A DNA stretch of 64,000 bases from Gemmatimonadaceae bacterium (lineage in GTDB: Bacteria; Gemmatimonadota; Gemmatimonadetes; Gemmatimonadales; Gemmatimonadaceae): assembly GCA_040901985.1 (NCBI GenBank), contig JBBDYC010000014.1, forward strand, positions 17,755 through 81,754, written 5' to 3'. The position numbers were made by a program, and so were the translations under genes. The notes below the pieces were generated by a model, which was not told where the DNA came from, searched no databases, and saw nothing but the letters and a program-made list of their open reading frames with translations. This document shows, piece after piece, positions 42,881 to 53,809 of the stretch (position 1 is its first letter; the number at the start of each line of letters is the position of its first letter).

Positions 42881-43477
42881 ATGTTCACTGGCTTGATCAC
42901 TGCGGTCGGAGAGGTCGTGGCGGTGTCCGACACGGACGCCGGGCGCGAGCTCGTCATCGCCGCTCCGTACGAGGGCGTCACGGTCGGCGAGAGCATCGCC
43001 TGCAACGGCGCCTGCCTGACCGTGCGCGAGTGCTCGCCGGGACGCATCACCGTGGCGGCCGTCGTGGCCACGCGCGAGCGCACGACGATCGCCGACTGGA
43101 CGGCCGGGACGCGGCTCAACCTCGAGCGCGCGCTTGCGCTCGGCGAGCGGCTCGGTGGGCACATCGTCCAGGGGCACGTGGACGGCGTCGGCCGCGTGCT
43201 GCGCGCGGAGACCGACGGCGACGCCTGGCTGGTGGACATCGAACTGCCGCCGGAGATTGATGACCTCGTGGTGCCGCAGGGGAGCATCGCGGTGGACGGG
43301 GTCAGTCTCACCGTGCAGGGCCTGCCAGGACCCGGCGTTGCGCGCGTCGCAGTGATTGACCACAGTCGGCGGCACACCACGCTGGGCGAGCTCCGGCCCG
43401 GCGACGCGCTGCACGTCGAGGCGGACATCCTCGCCAAGCATCTCAAGCGCCTCGCGGCGCCCCTACTGCAGAGTTGA
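42881..43477 (+). CDS. ribE: Riboflavin synthase
   Basis: MFTGLI, SIACNGACLT, GGHIVQGHVDG and GSIAVDGVSLT. Confidence 0.96.
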   Translation: MFTGLITAVGEVVAVSDTDAGRELVIAAPYEGVTVGESIACNGACLTVRECSPGRITVAAVVATRERTTIADWTAGTRLNLERALALGERLGGHIVQGHVDGVGRVLRAETDGDAWLVDIELPPEIDDLVVPQGSIAVDGVSLTVQGLPGPGVARVAVIDHSRRHTTLGELRPGDALHVEADILAKHLKRLAAPLLQS

Positions 43478-43479
43478 CG

Positions 43480-44679
43480 ATGTTCGGGACCATCGAACAG
43501 GCAATCACTGACCTGAAGGCCGGCAAGTTCATCGTCGTCGCTGACGACGAGGACCGGGAGAACGAAGGCGATCTGATCTGCGCGGCGGAGTTCATCACGC
43601 CAGAGATGGTCAACGTGCTGATGCGCGCGAAGGGGATGATCTGCGTGGCGCTCTCGCCGGACCGGGTCACCCAGCTCGGTCTGACGATGATGGGCGCCGA
43701 GAACACTGACGCGCTGCGCACAGCCTACACCGTGACCATTGACGGGGCGCCACACCACGGCGTGACGACCGGGATCAGCGCGCGCGACCAGGCGACGACG
43801 ATCCGCCTCGCCGCGAGCCCGACCGCGCACCCGAGCGACCTCCGCCGGCCGGGGCACGTGCACCCGCTGCGGGCGCGGGAAGGCGGGGTCCTGCAGCGCG
43901 TCGGCCACACCGAGGCGGCGGTGGACCTGATGCGGCTCGCCGGGCTGCAGCCGGCCGGCGTGATTTGCGAGATCCTCACCGACGACGGATCCACCGCCAA
44001 GCGGCCGGAGCTCGAGCAGTTCGCCCTGACGCACGGCCTGACGTTCATCACGGTGGCGCAACTTGTCGCGCATCGGCTGCAGAACGAGCGGCTGGTGCAC
44101 CGGGCCGCCGAGGCGCGGTTGCCGACCGAGTTTGGCGAGTTCCGGGTTGTCGGCTACCGCAACGACGTGGACACGCACGAGCACGTTGCGCTCGTGTTCG
44201 GCGAGGTGAGGGGTGCCGAGGAGGTGCTGGTGCGGATGCACTCCAAGTGCCTCACCGGCGACACCTTCCATTCGCTCCGCTGCGACTGCCGGTGGCAGTT
44301 GCACGAGGCGATGCGCCTGGTGGCCGAGGCGGGGCGGGGCGTGATCGTCTATCTCGACCAGGAGGGCCGCGGGATCGGGCTCCTCAACAAGCTCCGCGCC
44401 TACCAGCTGCAGGACGAGGGCGCCGACACGGTCGAGGCCAACGAGCGCCTTGGCTTCGCGCCGGACCTCCGCAACTACGGCATCGGCGCGCAGATCCTGC
44501 TCGACCTCGGGCTTACGTCCATCCGCCCGATCACCAACAACCCGAAGAAGCTCGTCGGACTCGAGGGCTACGGACTCCGGCTCGGGGAGCGGGTGGCGAT
44601 CCAGTCGCCGTCCACGACGGAGAACGCCAGCTACCTCGAGACCAAGCGCGCGAAGCTCGGTCACCTCCGGGCGATCTGA
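43480..44679 (+). CDS. ribBA: DHBP synthase / GTP cyclohydrolase II
   Basis: [29 protein letters not shown] and QEGRGIGL. Confidence 0.96.
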   Translation: MFGTIEQAITDLKAGKFIVVADDEDRENEGDLICAAEFITPEMVNVLMRAKGMICVALSPDRVTQLGLTMMGAENTDALRTAYTVTIDGAPHHGVTTGISARDQATTIRLAASPTAHPSDLRRPGHVHPLRAREGGVLQRVGHTEAAVDLMRLAGLQPAGVICEILTDDGSTAKRPELEQFALTHGLTFITVAQLVAHRLQNERLVHRAAEARLPTEFGEFRVVGYRNDVDTHEHVALVFGEVRGAEEVLVRMHSKCLTGDTFHSLRCDCRWQLHEAMRLVAEAGRGVIVYLDQEGRGIGLLNKLRAYQLQDEGADTVEANERLGFAPDLRNYGIGAQILLDLGLTSIRPITNNPKKLVGLEGYGLRLGERVAIQSPSTTENASYLETKRAKLGHLRAI

Positions 44680-45179
44680 TGGCCGAGTTCATCGGCGTCC
44701 CCTCCGGCGCCGGGCGCCGGGTGGCCATCGTCGCCAGCCGGTTCAACGGCAGCATCACGCAGCGGCTCGCCGACGGCGCCACCGAGGCGTGCCTGAAGCA
44801 CGGCGCACGCCTCGAGGACGTTGACGTGATCTGGGTGCCGGGCGCCTGGGAGCTGCCGGTGGCCGTGGCGCACGCACTGCAGACCGAACGCTACGACGCC
44901 TGCGTCGCGGTGGGTGCCGTGGTGCGGGGCGAGACGCCGCACTTCGACATCGTGGCCGGCGAGGCGGCGCGCGGCCTGGCGCTGCTGCAGGGGGAGTTCG
45001 GCGTGCCGATCGGGCTCGGCCTGCTGACCTGCGACACCATCGAACAGGCCGAGGCGCGCGCCGGCGGCGCCCACGGCAACAAGGGTTGGGACGCGGCGGT
45101 CGCCGCGCTCGAGATGGCCGACCTCTTCTCGCGGCTCGACCAGATGCACGCGGAGGGGGACGATGCCGGCGCGGATTGA
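44679..45179 (+). CDS. ribH: 6,7-dimethyl-8-ribityllumazine synthase
   Basis: ASRFN, VPGAWELP, VRGETPHFD and GNKG. Confidence 0.96.
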   Translation: MAEFIGVPSGAGRRVAIVASRFNGSITQRLADGATEACLKHGARLEDVDVIWVPGAWELPVAVAHALQTERYDACVAVGAVVRGETPHFDIVAGEAARGLALLQGEFGVPIGLGLLTCDTIEQAEARAGGAHGNKGWDAAVAALEMADLFSRLDQMHAEGDDAGAD

Positions 45180-45585
45180 GACGCGTGCGCGCGCCCGGGC
45201 CCTGCAGGCACTCTACGCGTGGGATGTGCGGAAGGATCCGGCCGGGATGGAACGGATCGCCGAGCTGGTCTGGGACGACCTCGCGGTGCCGGCGCCGGAG
45301 CGGGCGTTCGCGAGCGCGCTCGTGCGGTTGATCGCCGCCGAGCGGCCGGCGATGGACGCCGAGCTCGCCGAGGTGACGACCAACTGGCGTCTCGAGCGCC
45401 TGGGCAACGTCGAGCGCTGCGTCCTTCGGCTCGGCGCCGCCGAGCTGATGCAGGGGGCCACCCCGCCGCGCGTCGTGATCCAGGAGTACGTGCGGCTGGC
45501 CGAGCGATTCGGGTCGGGTCCGAGCGCCCGGTTCGTGAATGGCGTGCTCGACGCGCTCGCGCGACGAATGGGCCGCCTCGCGTGA
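45163..45585 (+). CDS. nusB: Transcription antitermination factor
   Basis: RARARALQALY, NWRLERL and FVNGVLD. Follows ribH. Confidence 0.95.
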   Translation: MPARIETRARARALQALYAWDVRKDPAGMERIAELVWDDLAVPAPERAFASALVRLIAAERPAMDAELAEVTTNWRLERLGNVERCVLRLGAAELMQGATPPRVVIQEYVRLAERFGSGPSARFVNGVLDALARRMGRLA

Positions 45586-46688
45586 GGATCGTCGCGATCA
45601 ACTGGCAGGACCTCGACAACCCGCTGGGCGGCGGGGCCGAGATCCACCTGCAGGAGATCCTCGAGCGGCTGGTGGCCTTCGGCCACGAGATTGTGCTCCT
45701 CTGCGGCGGCTGGACGGGGTGTCCGCCGCGCGGCGAGCGCCGCGGCGTCGAGATCCACCGCGTCGGCACCCGACAGACCTTTCCGTTCCACGTCCGCTCG
45801 TACTGGGAGCGGCATCTCCGGCCGCGATCGCCCGATCTCCTCCTCGAGGACATCAACAAGGTGCCGCTCTACACCACGCGGTGGGGCGCACGGCGCGTGG
45901 TGGCGCTGGTACCACATCTCTTTGGCGCCACCGCGTTCCAGGAGCTCAACCCACTCCTGGCGACCGCCGTCTGGCTCGCCGAGCGCCCGCTGGCGCGCCT
46001 CTACCGCGACGTGCCCTTCCAGGCGATCAGCGCGAGCACCGCCGCCGACCTCGTGGCGCGCGGCATCGCGCCCGAGCGCGTCGTGGTGATCCCGCCGGGC
46101 GTGGACGCGGCGTATTACACGCCCGATCCGGCCCGCCGCACCGCCACACCGACGGTGGCCTATCTCGGCCGGCTCAAGAAGTACAAGGGCGTGGACCTGG
46201 TCATCAGGGCCTTTGCCCGGATGGGGCGCGCGGATGCCGTCCTGGAGATCGCCGGGGCGGGAGACCACCGGCCGGCACTCGAGGCGCTGGTGGCGTCGCT
46301 TGACCTTGGTTCGCGCGTGCGGTTTCTTGGCTTCGTGACCGAGCCGGAGAAGCTCGCGCTGCTCCGGCGGTCCTGGGCGGTGGCGCTGGCCTCGCCGAAG
46401 GAAGGATGGGGACTGACGAACGTCGAGGCGGAGGCGTGCGGCACCCCGGTGGTGGCGTCGGATTCTCCGGGAATCCGCGAGTCGGTCCGGCACGGGGAGA
46501 CGGGGTTCCTGGTGCCGCACGGGGACGTGGCGGCAATGGCCGCCGCGTTCGAGCGGTTGGCCGCCTCGCCGGCGCTGGTGGCGGAGATGGGAGCGAAGGC
46601 CCGCGCCTTTGCCGAGTCGTTCACGTGGGACCGCTGCGCGCGCGCGACCGAAGCGCACCTACGGCAAGTGACCAGCCACGGAGGGTAG
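45582..46688 (+). CDS. Glycosyltransferase family 4
   Basis: GGAEIH, YLGRLKKYKG and EGWGLTNVEAEACGTPVV. Confidence 0.92.
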   Translation: MRIVAINWQDLDNPLGGGAEIHLQEILERLVAFGHEIVLLCGGWTGCPPRGERRGVEIHRVGTRQTFPFHVRSYWERHLRPRSPDLLLEDINKVPLYTTRWGARRVVALVPHLFGATAFQELNPLLATAVWLAERPLARLYRDVPFQAISASTAADLVARGIAPERVVVIPPGVDAAYYTPDPARRTATPTVAYLGRLKKYKGVDLVIRAFARMGRADAVLEIAGAGDHRPALEALVASLDLGSRVRFLGFVTEPEKLALLRRSWAVALASPKEGWGLTNVEAEACGTPVVASDSPGIRESVRHGETGFLVPHGDVAAMAAAFERLAASPALVAEMGAKARAFAESFTWDRCARATEAHLRQVTSHGG

Positions 46689-46728
46689 CCCCGGTGGAGA
46701 TTGTCTTTCGCGCGCCGCTGAGCCGACC

Positions 46729-47697
46729 ATGGCCGAACTGACGGTCGGCGCGCTCTACGAGCGGCTCAAGGACATCCTCCAGCTCGAGCTGCTGGGGAGT
46801 CCCGAGGGGCTCGCGCGCCCTGTCGAGACCGACGATGCATCGGGCCCTGGGCTGGTCCTCGCCGGCTACACCGGGCGCTTCGTCCACCAGCGCCTGCAAG
46901 TGTTGGGCGAGACCGAGATCAGCTATCTGCACTCCTTGCCCGCCGCCGAGCGTGACCGCAATCTCGGCGCGTTCTTCTCGTATCCGATTCCCTGCGTGAT
47001 GGTGACGAAGGGGCTTGACCTGCCGAAGGGGATGGAGGCGATGGCGAAAAAGGCGGGGATCGCGATCCTCCGCTCGTCGCTCAAGACGCAGGAGTTCTAC
47101 CAACGGCTCGGCCCCTTCCTCGAGGACGCCTTTGCGCCGACCACCAACCTGCACGGATCGCTCGCGGACGTCTACGGCGTCGGATTGCTCTTCACCGGCG
47201 TGAGCGGAATCGGGAAGTCGGAATGCGTGCTCGACCTCGTGGAACGGGGGCATCGGCTCGTCGCCGACGACGTGGTGATCGCGCGGCGGAAGAGCGCCGA
47301 TGTGCTGATCGGTATCGGGCACCCGCTGCAGCGGCACTTCATGGAGATCCGCGGTGTCGGTCTCATTGACGTCCGGGCGATCTTCGGCATCCGGGCGGTG
47401 CGCCAGCAGAAGCGGATCGAGGTCGTGGTGGTGCTCCAGGCGTGGAAGGAGGGGATGCCGGTGGAGCGGACCGGGCTCGAGCGCGACACGATCGAGATCC
47501 TTGGCGTGGAGATCCCGCGGCTGACGGTGCCGCTGAATCCGGGGAAGAACATCACCGTGGTGGCCGAGGTGATTGCGATGAACCACCTCCTCCTCTACAG
47601 CGGCGAGGACCCGGCGCACAGCTTCAACGAGCGCCTCAAGGGCCATCTGCGGGCGAAGGCGGACGTCCAACGGTACCTGCTCGATGACACCGAATAG
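46729..47697 (+). CDS. hprK: HPr kinase/phosphorylase
   Basis: GVSGIGKSE, GHRLVADD and MEIRGVGLID. Confidence 0.96.
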   Translation: MAELTVGALYERLKDILQLELLGSPEGLARPVETDDASGPGLVLAGYTGRFVHQRLQVLGETEISYLHSLPAAERDRNLGAFFSYPIPCVMVTKGLDLPKGMEAMAKKAGIAILRSSLKTQEFYQRLGPFLEDAFAPTTNLHGSLADVYGVGLLFTGVSGIGKSECVLDLVERGHRLVADDVVIARRKSADVLIGIGHPLQRHFMEIRGVGLIDVRAIFGIRAVRQQKRIEVVVVLQAWKEGMPVERTGLERDTIEILGVEIPRLTVPLNPGKNITVVAEVIAMNHLLLYSGEDPAHSFNERLKGHLRAKADVQRYLLDDTE

Positions 47698-48064
47698 CGC
47701 GCGGGCGCTGGTGATGGGGCACGGGGAGTTTGCCGCCGGGATGATCTCGGCGGTGGAGCAGATTGCCGGCCGCGGCGACGCGTTCGTGACACTGGGGAAC
47801 AGCGGCCTCTCGCCCGGCGGGATCGAGTCGCGGCTGCGCGAGGCGCTCGCCGCGTCGGGGGCGCGGGTGATCTTCACCGACCTTCCGGCGGGGAGCTGCA
47901 CGATGGCGGCGCGGCGGATCGCCAAGGCGGAGGGCGACATCACCGTCGTCACCGGGGCGACGCTGCCCACGCTGCTCGCCTTCGCGCTCGGCGCCGACGC
48001 GCGCGAGGCGGCCGAGCGCGGCCGCGAGGCACTGCTCGTCGTGGAGGGCGGTGGTGGCACTTGA
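47684..48064 (+). CDS. PTS mannose-family IIA
   Basis: VMGHGEFA and FTDLPAGS. Confidence 0.88.
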   Translation: MTPNSARALVMGHGEFAAGMISAVEQIAGRGDAFVTLGNSGLSPGGIESRLREALAASGARVIFTDLPAGSCTMAARRIAKAEGDITVVTGATLPTLLAFALGADAREAAERGREALLVVEGGGGT

Positions 48065-48545
48065 CCGCTTCCGCATTGATGACCGGCTCATCCACGGGCA
48101 GGTCGTCGTGGGGTGGGGGCAGCCGTGCGGATTGCGATTCCTCGTCCTTGTGGACGACGCGGTGGTGGACTCCGACTGGGAGCGGGAGTTGTATCGGATG
48201 GGCGTCCCGCCGGAGATCGAGATCCGGTTCGATTCGGTCGAGAGTGCGGCACGCCACCTGGAGTCGTACCGCGCGGACCCCCGCACCGGGATGCTCCTCA
48301 CCAGCGACATCGAGACGATGCGGCGGCTCGTGGCGGCGGCGCCGGGAATCCGCGCCGTGACGATTGGCGGCATCCACCACCAGCAGGGACGCACGGAGCG
48401 GCTGCGTTACGTGTTCCTCTCGCCGGAAGACGAGGCGGCGCTGCGCGCGCTCGCGGCGGGCGGCGTGACGGTCATCGCCCAGGATGTGCCGGGCGCCACG
48501 CCGGTGGCGCTGGCGGACATTCTCGCCGGCGGCGGGACGCCCTGA
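48051..48545 (+). CDS. PTS mannose-family IIB
   Basis: RIDDRLIHGQV. Confidence 0.92.
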   Translation: MVALDRFRIDDRLIHGQVVVGWGQPCGLRFLVLVDDAVVDSDWERELYRMGVPPEIEIRFDSVESAARHLESYRADPRTGMLLTSDIETMRRLVAAAPGIRAVTIGGIHHQQGRTERLRYVFLSPEDEAALRALAAGGVTVIAQDVPGATPVALADILAGGGTP

Positions 48546-49237
48546 TGGACGCCGAATGGCTCCAGCTCGTTCCGCTCGCCGTCCTCGGCGCCGTCCTCGG
48601 GCTCGACGTCGTGAGCTTCCCGCAGGCGATGCTCTCGCGGCCGATCGTGGCGGCCACCGCGGCAGGCGCGATGATCGGGCAGCCGGCGCGCGGGCTGGCG
48701 ATCGGTGTAGCCCTCGAGTTCTTCGCCCTCGAATCGCTCCCGTTCGGGGCGTCCCGATATCCCGAGTGGGGGTCGGCAGCGGTCGTCGGCGGTGCGCTCT
48801 TCGCGATGACCCCCGACGGCACCGCGGCGGCGATGACGATCTCTGCGCTTGTCGCCCTCCTCACCGCGACGCTCGGCGGGACGTCAATGGTGGGGCTCCG
48901 GCGGTGGAACGCGCGCTGGACGCGGCACCAGCAGGCAGGGATCAACCGCGGCTCGGGGAACACCGTCGTCGGTCTGCAGTTGGCCGGGTTGACCGCCGAC
49001 CTGCTCCGCGGCGGCGCACTCACCCTCGGGGCGCTGCTGATCTTCTCCCCATTGCATCGCGCGATGCTGGGGAGCTTCACTTACCCGGCGACCTTCTCCC
49101 GCGCGGTGGTGGTGGCGACTGCGTCGGCGGTCGGGCTTGCCGCGGTCTGGAAGGTTGTCCGGCTGACGGACGGCGCTCGCTGGTGGTTGCTTGCGGGCCT
49201 TGCCGTCGGGTTCGTCCTCGCCGGGGGGATTGCGTGA
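48545..49237 (+). CDS. PTS mannose-family IIC
   Basis: QAMLSRPIV, membrane helices, operon position. Confidence 0.88.
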   Translation: MDAEWLQLVPLAVLGAVLGLDVVSFPQAMLSRPIVAATAAGAMIGQPARGLAIGVALEFFALESLPFGASRYPEWGSAAVVGGALFAMTPDGTAAAMTISALVALLTATLGGTSMVGLRRWNARWTRHQQAGINRGSGNTVVGLQLAGLTADLLRGGALTLGALLIFSPLHRAMLGSFTYPATFSRAVVVATASAVGLAAVWKVVRLTDGARWWLLAGLAVGFVLAGGIA

Positions 49238-49989
49238 CGCCGCCGTACCTGCCGTGGCACGCCCGCGCCGCGATCCTCCTCCGCCTGTTGGCGATCCAAG
49301 GCGTCTGGAATTACGAGATGATGCTCGGCAACGGGATCGCGTTCAGTCTCGAGCCGGCGCTGCGGCGGCTCCCCGGTGGGCGGGGCGGGGCGCCGTACCG
49401 CGCCGCGATGGCGAGGAATAGCGGATACTTCAACGCGCATCCCTATCTGGCCTCGGTGGCGGTCGGCGCACTCGCCCGGGCGGAGCTGGAGGGAATCGGC
49501 GAGGAGCAGATCGAGCGATTCCGCCGCGCCGCGCCCGGCCCGCTCGGGTCGGTCGGCGACCGATTGATTTGGGCCGGCTGGCTGCCGTTCTGCTCGGCGC
49601 TCGGCCTCCTCGCGTTCGGGCTGGGGGTGTCGCCCGCTGGCGTGGTCCTGATCTTTCTCGGATGCTATAACGCGGGCCACCTGGCCCTGCGGATCTGGGG
49701 GTTGCACGCCGGGTGGCGCAATGGGCTTCGCGTGGCGACGGCACTCGGCAACCCGGTGCTGCGCCAGGGGCCGGCGCACCTGGCGCGCGCGACGGCGCTG
49801 GTCGCCGGGATGGCGTTGCCGGTGGCGGCGGCGGGCATCATCGGTCCGGGGCGGGTGCTCCTCGGCGGCGTCCTCGCCGCGGTCGCCGGCGGGGCGGTCG
49901 TGATCACGCTGCTCCACGGCCGGCTCGAGGGATGGCGCCTCGCAACCTTGACGTTGGCCGGATTCGTCCTCTACTCCATGGTGCGCTGA
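49234..49989 (+). CDS. PTS mannose-family IID
   Basis: QGVWNYEMM, YFNAHPY and GPLGSVGD. Confidence 0.9.
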   Translation: MTPPYLPWHARAAILLRLLAIQGVWNYEMMLGNGIAFSLEPALRRLPGGRGGAPYRAAMARNSGYFNAHPYLASVAVGALARAELEGIGEEQIERFRRAAPGPLGSVGDRLIWAGWLPFCSALGLLAFGLGVSPAGVVLIFLGCYNAGHLALRIWGLHAGWRNGLRVATALGNPVLRQGPAHLARATALVAGMALPVAAAGIIGPGRVLLGGVLAAVAGGAVVITLLHGRLEGWRLATLTLAGFVLYSMVR

Positions 49990-50255
49990 TGCCGGAACGG
50001 GACGTCGAGGTGGTGAACCCGAACGGCATCCACGCGCGTCCGGCCGCGGAGATTGTGAAGGCCGCCGGCCGCTTCAAGGCGCACATCACGCTCACGCGCG
50101 AGGGAATGGAAGTGAACGCGAAGAGCATCATGGGAGTGATGATGCTGGCTGCCGAGCGCGGATCCACCGTGCGCATCGCGGCCACCGGCGCCGACGCCGC
50201 TTCGGCGCTCGAGGCGCTCGCGGCAATCATCGGCTCCAACTTCGGCGAGCACTGA
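49989..50255 (+). CDS. ptsH: Phosphocarrier protein HPr
   Basis: GIHARPA (His15) and AKSIMGVM (Ser46). Confidence 0.95.
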   Translation: MPERDVEVVNPNGIHARPAAEIVKAAGRFKAHITLTREGMEVNAKSIMGVMMLAAERGSTVRIAATGADAASALEALAAIIGSNFGEH

Positions 50256-50258
50256 GCG

Positions 50259-52025
50259 ATGCCGTCTGAACTCCAGGGCGTCCCGACCTCCCCCGGCATT
50301 GTCGTCGGACCGGCGCACCTCCTGCTCTGGGAGGTGCCGGAGGTGCCGAACCGGGTGATCCCGGACTTGGAGGTGGACAACGAGCTGGCGCGGCTCAAGG
50401 CGGGAATCGCGCGCGCCATTGACCGGCTCCGGTCGGTCAGGACCCGCGCCGCCGAGAAGGCCGGCGAGGCCGAGGCGGCGATCTTCGACGTGCAGATCTC
50501 GATCCTCGAGGACAAGGAGCTGCACCAGCAGATCGAGCTCCTGGTGCGGCAGAACCTTGCCGCCGAGCGGGCGTTCGACCTCGTGATGCTCGAGTGGCGT
50601 GACCACTTCGGGCGCTCGGCGAACCCGATGATGCGTGAGCGCATCGGTGACCTGGTGGACGTGCAAATCCGCCTGCTCTCGATCCTGCTCGACCTGCCGG
50701 ACCACGACCCGGTGGACCTCGCGCCCGGGGCGAACGCGATACTCGTCACCCACGACCTGACGCCGAGCCTGACGATCCAGCTCGACCGCCGGGCCATCGC
50801 CGGGATCGCGACCGACGCCGGGACGCGCACGTCGCACGTGGCGATTCTTGCCCGATCGCTCGGGCTGCCGGCGGTGGTCGGGCTCATTGACGCCACCTCG
50901 CGGATTGTCGCAGGCGAACGGGTGATCCTCGACGGGACCAACGGGAGGCTGATCGTGCGGCCGACGGCGGCCGAACTCTCGCAGTTCGCCGACCGAGCGC
51001 GACGCCAGGTAGCCGCGCAGGCGGAGTTGGCGTCGCTCGCCGGGTTGGACGCGGTGACGACCGACGGCCATCGGGTGACCCTCCGCGCGAACGTGGACCT
51101 CCCAGACGAGGCCGAGGTGGCCGCGCGCAGCGGCGCCGAGGGGGTCGGCCTGATGCGCACCGAGTTCCTCGTGGTCGGCCGGACGACGATGCCGAGCGAG
51201 GAGGAGCAGGTGGATGCCTATACCAAGGTCGTCAAGGCCTTCGCTGGCCATCCGGTGATCATCCGCACCTACGACGTCGGGGGCGACAAACTGCCGATTG
51301 GCGGATTCCCGCACGAGCCCAACCCTTTCCTCGGCTGGCGGGCGATCCGGATGTGCCTCGACGAGCCCGAGGTGTTCAAGGTGCAGCTGCGGGCGCTGAT
51401 GCGAGCGGCGGTGCACGGGGACCTGCGGGTGATGCTGCCGCTCGTGGTCTCGGTGGACGAGGTGCGGCAGTCGCGGTTCCTGCTCGCCGAGGCGGCGGTG
51501 GAGCTCGCGGCGCGCGGCGTGCCGCATCGCGCCGACCTCCCGCTCGGCGTGATGATCGAGACTCCTGCCGCCGCCGTCACCGCCGACGCCTTTGTCCGCG
51601 AGGTGGCGTTCTTCAGCATCGGCACGAACGACCTCGTGCAGTACACGCTCGCAGTGGACCGTGGGAACGCGTCGCTCGTGACGCGCTTCACGCCGCTGCA
51701 CCCCGGGGTGCTGCGGTTGATTGCGCGGACGGTCGAGGTGGGGCAGGCGGCCGGCCTCGAAGTCAGCGTGTGCGGCGAAATGGCCTCGCAGCCGCTGATG
51801 GCGTACGCCCTGATCGGGCTCGGCGTGCGGCACCTGAGCGTGGCCGCGGTGAGCGTGCCGATCGTGAAACGGCTGGTGCGGGGCGTGAGCGTGGAGGCGG
51901 CGGTCGAGGCGGCGCGGTCGGCGCTCGACGCGGGGACGGCGCGCGACGCCGGGCTGCGGCTGCGAGAGGCCCTGGCGAAGGAACTCGGCGAGGAACTGCT
52001 CGACGGGTTGCTCGGCCTCAGCTAG
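50259..52025 (+). CDS. ptsI: PEP-protein phosphotransferase (Enzyme I)
   Basis: [33 protein letters not shown] and VCGEMA. Confidence 0.96.
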   Translation: MPSELQGVPTSPGIVVGPAHLLLWEVPEVPNRVIPDLEVDNELARLKAGIARAIDRLRSVRTRAAEKAGEAEAAIFDVQISILEDKELHQQIELLVRQNLAAERAFDLVMLEWRDHFGRSANPMMRERIGDLVDVQIRLLSILLDLPDHDPVDLAPGANAILVTHDLTPSLTIQLDRRAIAGIATDAGTRTSHVAILARSLGLPAVVGLIDATSRIVAGERVILDGTNGRLIVRPTAAELSQFADRARRQVAAQAELASLAGLDAVTTDGHRVTLRANVDLPDEAEVAARSGAEGVGLMRTEFLVVGRTTMPSEEEQVDAYTKVVKAFAGHPVIIRTYDVGGDKLPIGGFPHEPNPFLGWRAIRMCLDEPEVFKVQLRALMRAAVHGDLRVMLPLVVSVDEVRQSRFLLAEAAVELAARGVPHRADLPLGVMIETPAAAVTADAFVREVAFFSIGTNDLVQYTLAVDRGNASLVTRFTPLHPGVLRLIARTVEVGQAAGLEVSVCGEMASQPLMAYALIGLGVRHLSVAAVSVPIVKRLVRGVSVEAAVEAARSALDAGTARDAGLRLREALAKELGEELLDGLLGLS

Positions 52026-52058
52026 GGGCATTATCGTTCGGCGTGCGCACTCACCGTG

Positions 52059-52089
52059 CGGCCGGCCGATGCGCCGGCCGTTCGTTTTT
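52059..52089 (+). terminator. Intrinsic terminator-like hairpin between ptsI and metK
   Basis: CGGCCGGC-6 nt loop-GCCGGCCG followed by TTCGTTTTT. Confidence 0.6.
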
Positions 52090-52110
52090 ACCCAGCCCCT
52101 CTCCCCACCC

Positions 52111-53289
52111 ATGCTTCACCGCCATCTCTTCACGTCGGAGTCGGTCTCCGAAGGGCATCCCGACAAGGTTGCCGACCAGATCTCGGACGCCGTCCTCGAC
52201 GCGCTCCTCGCCATTGACCCGCACTCGCGCGTGGCGTGCGAGACGATGGTGACGACCGGGCTCGCGACGATCTTCGGCGAGATCACGACGACCGCGTGGG
52301 TGGACCTCCGCCAGATCGTGCGCGAGACGATCAAGCAGATCGGCTACACCGAGGCCGGGATGGGCTTTGACGCCGACTCCTGCGCGGTGCTCAACGCGAT
52401 TGGCCAGCAGTCGCGCGACATCGGCCAGGGCGTGGATACCGGCGGCGCCGGCGACCAGGGGATGATGTTCGGCTTCGCCTGCGACGAGACCGAGGAGCTG
52501 ATGCCGCTGCCAATCACGCTCGCGCACGCGCTCGTGCACACCCTCGCCGACCGCCGCAAGGATGGCAGCCTGCCGTGGCTGCGGCCGGACAGCAAGTCGC
52601 AGGTCTCCGTCGTCTACGAGGACGGCCGCCCGGTGGAGGTGGACACGGTGGTGCTCTCGACGCAGCACGACGCCTCCGTGAAGAACACGGTCATCCACGA
52701 GGCCGTCACGCGCGACGTGATTGAGGCGGTCATCCCGCGCGAGTTGCGCGCCCGAAAGATGAAGATCCACATCAATCCGACCGGTCGCTTCGTCGTCGGC
52801 GGACCGCAAGGCGACGCCGGGCTGACCGGCCGCAAGATCATCGTGGACACCTACGGCGGGATGGGACGCCACGGCGGTGGCGCGTTCTCCGGCAAGGATC
52901 CCTCGAAGGTGGATCGCTCGGCGACTTACGCCGCGCGCTGGGTGGCGAAGAACATCGTGGCGGCCAAGCTCGCCACGAAGGTCGAGGTGCAACTGGCGTA
53001 CGCCATCGGCGTCGCCAAGCCGGTCTCGGTGATGGTGGACACCTTCGGCACCGGCACGGTGGACGAGACGGTGATCATGAAGGCCGTGGGCAAGGTGTTC
53101 GACCTGACGCCGGCCGGGATCATCAAGGCACTCGAGTTGCGGAAGCCGATCTACGGCCCGACCGCCGCCTACGGGCACTTCGGGCGGAAGTTTGAGCGCG
53201 TGGAGCGGTTCGGCCGTCCGGTCGGCCTCTTCACGTGGGAGCGGACGAACAAGGTTGCGGACCTCCGGCGCGCGGTGCGCGCCGGTTGA
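52111..53289 (+). CDS. metK: S-adenosylmethionine synthetase
   Basis: [19 protein letters not shown] and [16 protein letters not shown]. Confidence 0.97.
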   Translation: MLHRHLFTSESVSEGHPDKVADQISDAVLDALLAIDPHSRVACETMVTTGLATIFGEITTTAWVDLRQIVRETIKQIGYTEAGMGFDADSCAVLNAIGQQSRDIGQGVDTGGAGDQGMMFGFACDETEELMPLPITLAHALVHTLADRRKDGSLPWLRPDSKSQVSVVYEDGRPVEVDTVVLSTQHDASVKNTVIHEAVTRDVIEAVIPRELRARKMKIHINPTGRFVVGGPQGDAGLTGRKIIVDTYGGMGRHGGGAFSGKDPSKVDRSATYAARWVAKNIVAAKLATKVEVQLAYAIGVAKPVSVMVDTFGTGTVDETVIMKAVGKVFDLTPAGIIKALELRKPIYGPTAAYGHFGRKFERVERFGRPVGLFTWERTNKVADLRRAVRAG

Positions 53290-53308
53290 GCGGTTCAGGC
53301 GTCGGGTG

Positions 53309-53809
53309 ATGGTCGAAGTCTCCGTCTCGCGCCTCGGGCTCGACGCCGCTTCTCAGGCGTTCGTCGTCGTGCTGGAGGAGCGTGCGGGAAATCGCGTCCT
53401 GCCGATCTGGATCGGACGGCCGGAGGCGGAGAGCATCGCCGCCCACCTCAATGGCATCCAACGCGAGCGGCCGATGACGCACGACCTCACGGCGTCGCTC
53501 ATCACCGGCCTCGGTGGCCTCCTCCGTCGCGTCCAGGTGACGCGGGTGGTGCAGGGGACGTATCACGCCGAGCTCCATCTCACGCGCGGCGGGGCGCCGG
53601 TGGTCGTGGACGCCCGCCCCTCCGACGCGATCGCGATTGCCCTCCGGCTCGAGGCGCCGATCTTCGTCGCCGATTCGCTTTTCGACGACAGCGAGAGCGA
53701 GCCACTGGGGCCACCGCCGTCGGCCGACGCCGACCACCTCACGGCTGAGGAACTCCAGCGGCATCTCGCGCAGCTCCGCCCCGAGGACTTCGGGAAGTTC
53801 ACGCCGTGA
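53309..53809 (+). CDS. Bifunctional nuclease family (DUF151)
   Basis: LPIWIG..EA.SI, RPMTHDL and DARPSDAIAIAL. Confidence 0.92.
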   Translation: MVEVSVSRLGLDAASQAFVVVLEERAGNRVLPIWIGRPEAESIAAHLNGIQRERPMTHDLTASLITGLGGLLRRVQVTRVVQGTYHAELHLTRGGAPVVVDARPSDAIAIALRLEAPIFVADSLFDDSESEPLGPPPSADADHLTAEELQRHLAQLRPEDFGKFTP

